Assembly (NCBI GenBank): GCA_964489065.1
Contig: CAZAXH010000009.1
Span: forward strand, 7,616 to 71,615
Reading direction: 5' to 3'
DNA length: 64,000 bases
Source of the DNA: an uncultured Planctomycetales bacterium
GTDB lineage: Bacteria; Omnitrophota; Gorgyraeia; Zapsychrales; JANLHA01
Shown: positions 62,947-64,000 of the stretch, in pieces
Layout: the number at the start of each line of letters is the position of its first letter
Position numbering within the stretch: the first letter of the stretch is position 1
Notes under the pieces: model-generated
Seen by the model: the letters and a program-made list of their open reading frames with translations, nothing else
What the model was told of the DNA's origin: nothing
The model's database searches: none
Made by a program: the position numbers and the translations under genes

Positions 62947-63327
62947 TTAAGACTTTCCTGTGAGTAATTCCTGAATTTTACGCAACAGCTCTTTCTGATC
63001 AAACGGTTTGGTCATATAAACATCCGCTTTAACCGCCCGTCCGATATCCTTGTCGTAATCCCGGTTTCGGGCCGTCAACAAAAGGATAGGAATCCTATAA
63101 TATTTTTCATCCGTTTTCAACTGTGCGCACACGCTGGAGCCCTGAATATCCGGCAGCATCATGTCAAGGACAATGCAATGCGGCATACACGTTTTGGCTA
63201 ACCGCAAGGCCTCTGCGCCGTTATAAGCGCATATCACGTCATACCCTGCCCGCACCAGCCTGGCCTGGATCAATTCAACGATATCGGGCTCATCGTCAAC
63301 CACAAGGATCTTTTTCTTAACCATCAA
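62947..63327 (-). CDS. single-domain response regulator (receiver only)
   Basis: KILVVDDEPDIVELI...CIVLDMMLPDIQG...IPILLLTA in 126 aa. Confidence 0.85.
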   Translation of the reverse strand: MMVKKKILVVDDEPDIVELIQARLVRAGYDVICAYNGAEALRLAKTCMPHCIVLDMMLPDIQGSSVCAQLKTDEKYYRIPILLLTARNRDYDKDIGRAVKADVYMTKPFDQKELLRKIQELLTGKS

Positions 63328-63380
63328 ACCTTCTTTATGGGGTGCGGCGGGGCATCAAATCTCCGCGGTCCTTCTCGATG

Positions 63381-63998
63381 TTAAGGGCGGGCACCGCTGT
63401 TTTGCCCTGTATAATCGTATTCTATCTCCAGATTCCCTTCCCCGGCGTAAATCTGTCTCTTATACATGAAACCATCCTGATAAAAGTCAACCTGGCGCAA
63501 GACCCCCTGTTTGTAATATTTGCACTCCCCACTCAACTGATTTTGCAGATAACTTTCTTCTGCGAGGATCTTCCCGTCCGGCTCATAAATGCTCTTGGTC
63601 CCTGTCAGCAAACCGTTGTCCAAAGTGTATGTCTCTTTCAGTTTACCGCTTTTGTAAAACACCTGCACGGTTCCGGTCGATTTGCCCTCGACCCAGGAAG
63701 AGACTCGAGACACTTCCCCGCTTGGATAATACTCCCGGTAAACCCCGTCTTTCTTTCCCTGTTTATATTCCTGTTCGGAAAAAAGCGTGCCGTTATCATA
63801 TATTTTAATAAGGCCCTGCAAATCGCCTTCCGCGTACTGCCCCTCTTCCAGAAGTTCCCCCTTAGGGTTCAATTTCTTATAAGGCCCTTGCGGCAGACCA
63901 TTTTTATAAACATATTCTTTGCTTATGGTTCCAACCTCAAAAAAAGTCTGGTTAAGCCCGTCCGGCCGGCCGTTTTTATACTGCACTCTGCTTTCCAC
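63381..63998 (-). CDS. MORN-repeat protein (YwqK-like); may continue beyond the window end
   Basis: Repeated YKNGLPQGPYKKLNPKGELLEEGQYAEGDLQG...YKQGKKDGVYREYYPSGEV... units. The ATG is at 63998, only 2 nt from the window edge, so the true N-terminus is not assured. Confidence 0.6.
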   Translation of the reverse strand: MESRVQYKNGRPDGLNQTFFEVGTISKEYVYKNGLPQGPYKKLNPKGELLEEGQYAEGDLQGLIKIYDNGTLFSEQEYKQGKKDGVYREYYPSGEVSRVSSWVEGKSTGTVQVFYKSGKLKETYTLDNGLLTGTKSIYEPDGKILAEESYLQNQLSGECKYYKQGVLRQVDFYQDGFMYKRQIYAGEGNLEIEYDYTGQNSGARP

Positions 63999-64000
63999 CT

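Noticed and set aside
1-64000. Search for CRISPR arrays, IS elements, integrases or transposases, prophage genes and rRNA.
   Set aside because: No regularly spaced direct repeats, no transposase, integrase or recombinase motifs, and no rRNA-like sequence were recognised anywhere in the window.

Overview
This is a gene-dense prokaryotic window with an anaerobe-like gene set; about 60 of 64 protein genes lie on the minus strand. No rRNA, CRISPR array, transposase or integrase was recognised.

Recognisable content in order:
- Positions 1-3.5 kb: a hydC-hydB-hydA trimeric, probably electron-bifurcating, [FeFe]-hydrogenase operon. The hydA gene runs off the window start. A single-domain response regulator and a small HTH gene sit upstream under a sigma70-like promoter.
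- Positions 3.5-6 kb: an RnfD/NqrB-like membrane protein, a small secreted protein, a Met-rich secreted protein, wrbA, and a 42-aa Cys-rich micro-protein with a textbook RBS and intrinsic terminator.
- Positions 6.5-10.5 kb: opgG-opgH on the plus strand.
- Positions 10.6-16.7 kb: an ECF sigma factor with an anti-sigma/vWA fusion, a PEP-CTERM TolB-like beta-propeller, an RlmI-like methyltransferase and mscL.
- Positions 16.9-21 kb: a 902-aa secreted TPR plus ankyrin repeat protein with 102-bp DNA tandem repeats, and an SGNH hydrolase.
- Positions 21.5-22.8 kb: tRNA-His(GTG) and tRNA-Arg(TCT) flanking one hypothetical gene.
- Positions 23.4-57.8 kb: the most striking feature. About 32 co-directional, largely start/stop-overlapping genes encode seven radical-SAM enzymes (two B12-binding class B, a third B12-binding one fused to a membrane domain just beyond the block, and four SPASM/twitch-type). 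The block also carries a split transketolase, an E1 alpha/beta pair and an ALS-like ThDP enzyme, two sugar epimerases, three SDRs, GT2, GT9 and GT-C glycosyltransferases, two methyltransferases, a PHP phosphoesterase and a NodU/CmcH carbamoyltransferase with SxtJ/SxtK-like partners. I interpret this as an undescribed pathway for a heavily tailored glycan, glycolipid or aminoglycoside-like product.
- Positions 58-64 kb: a repetitive 650-aa coiled-coil protein, a membrane-domain-fused B12-radical-SAM protein, a third receiver protein and a MORN-repeat protein.
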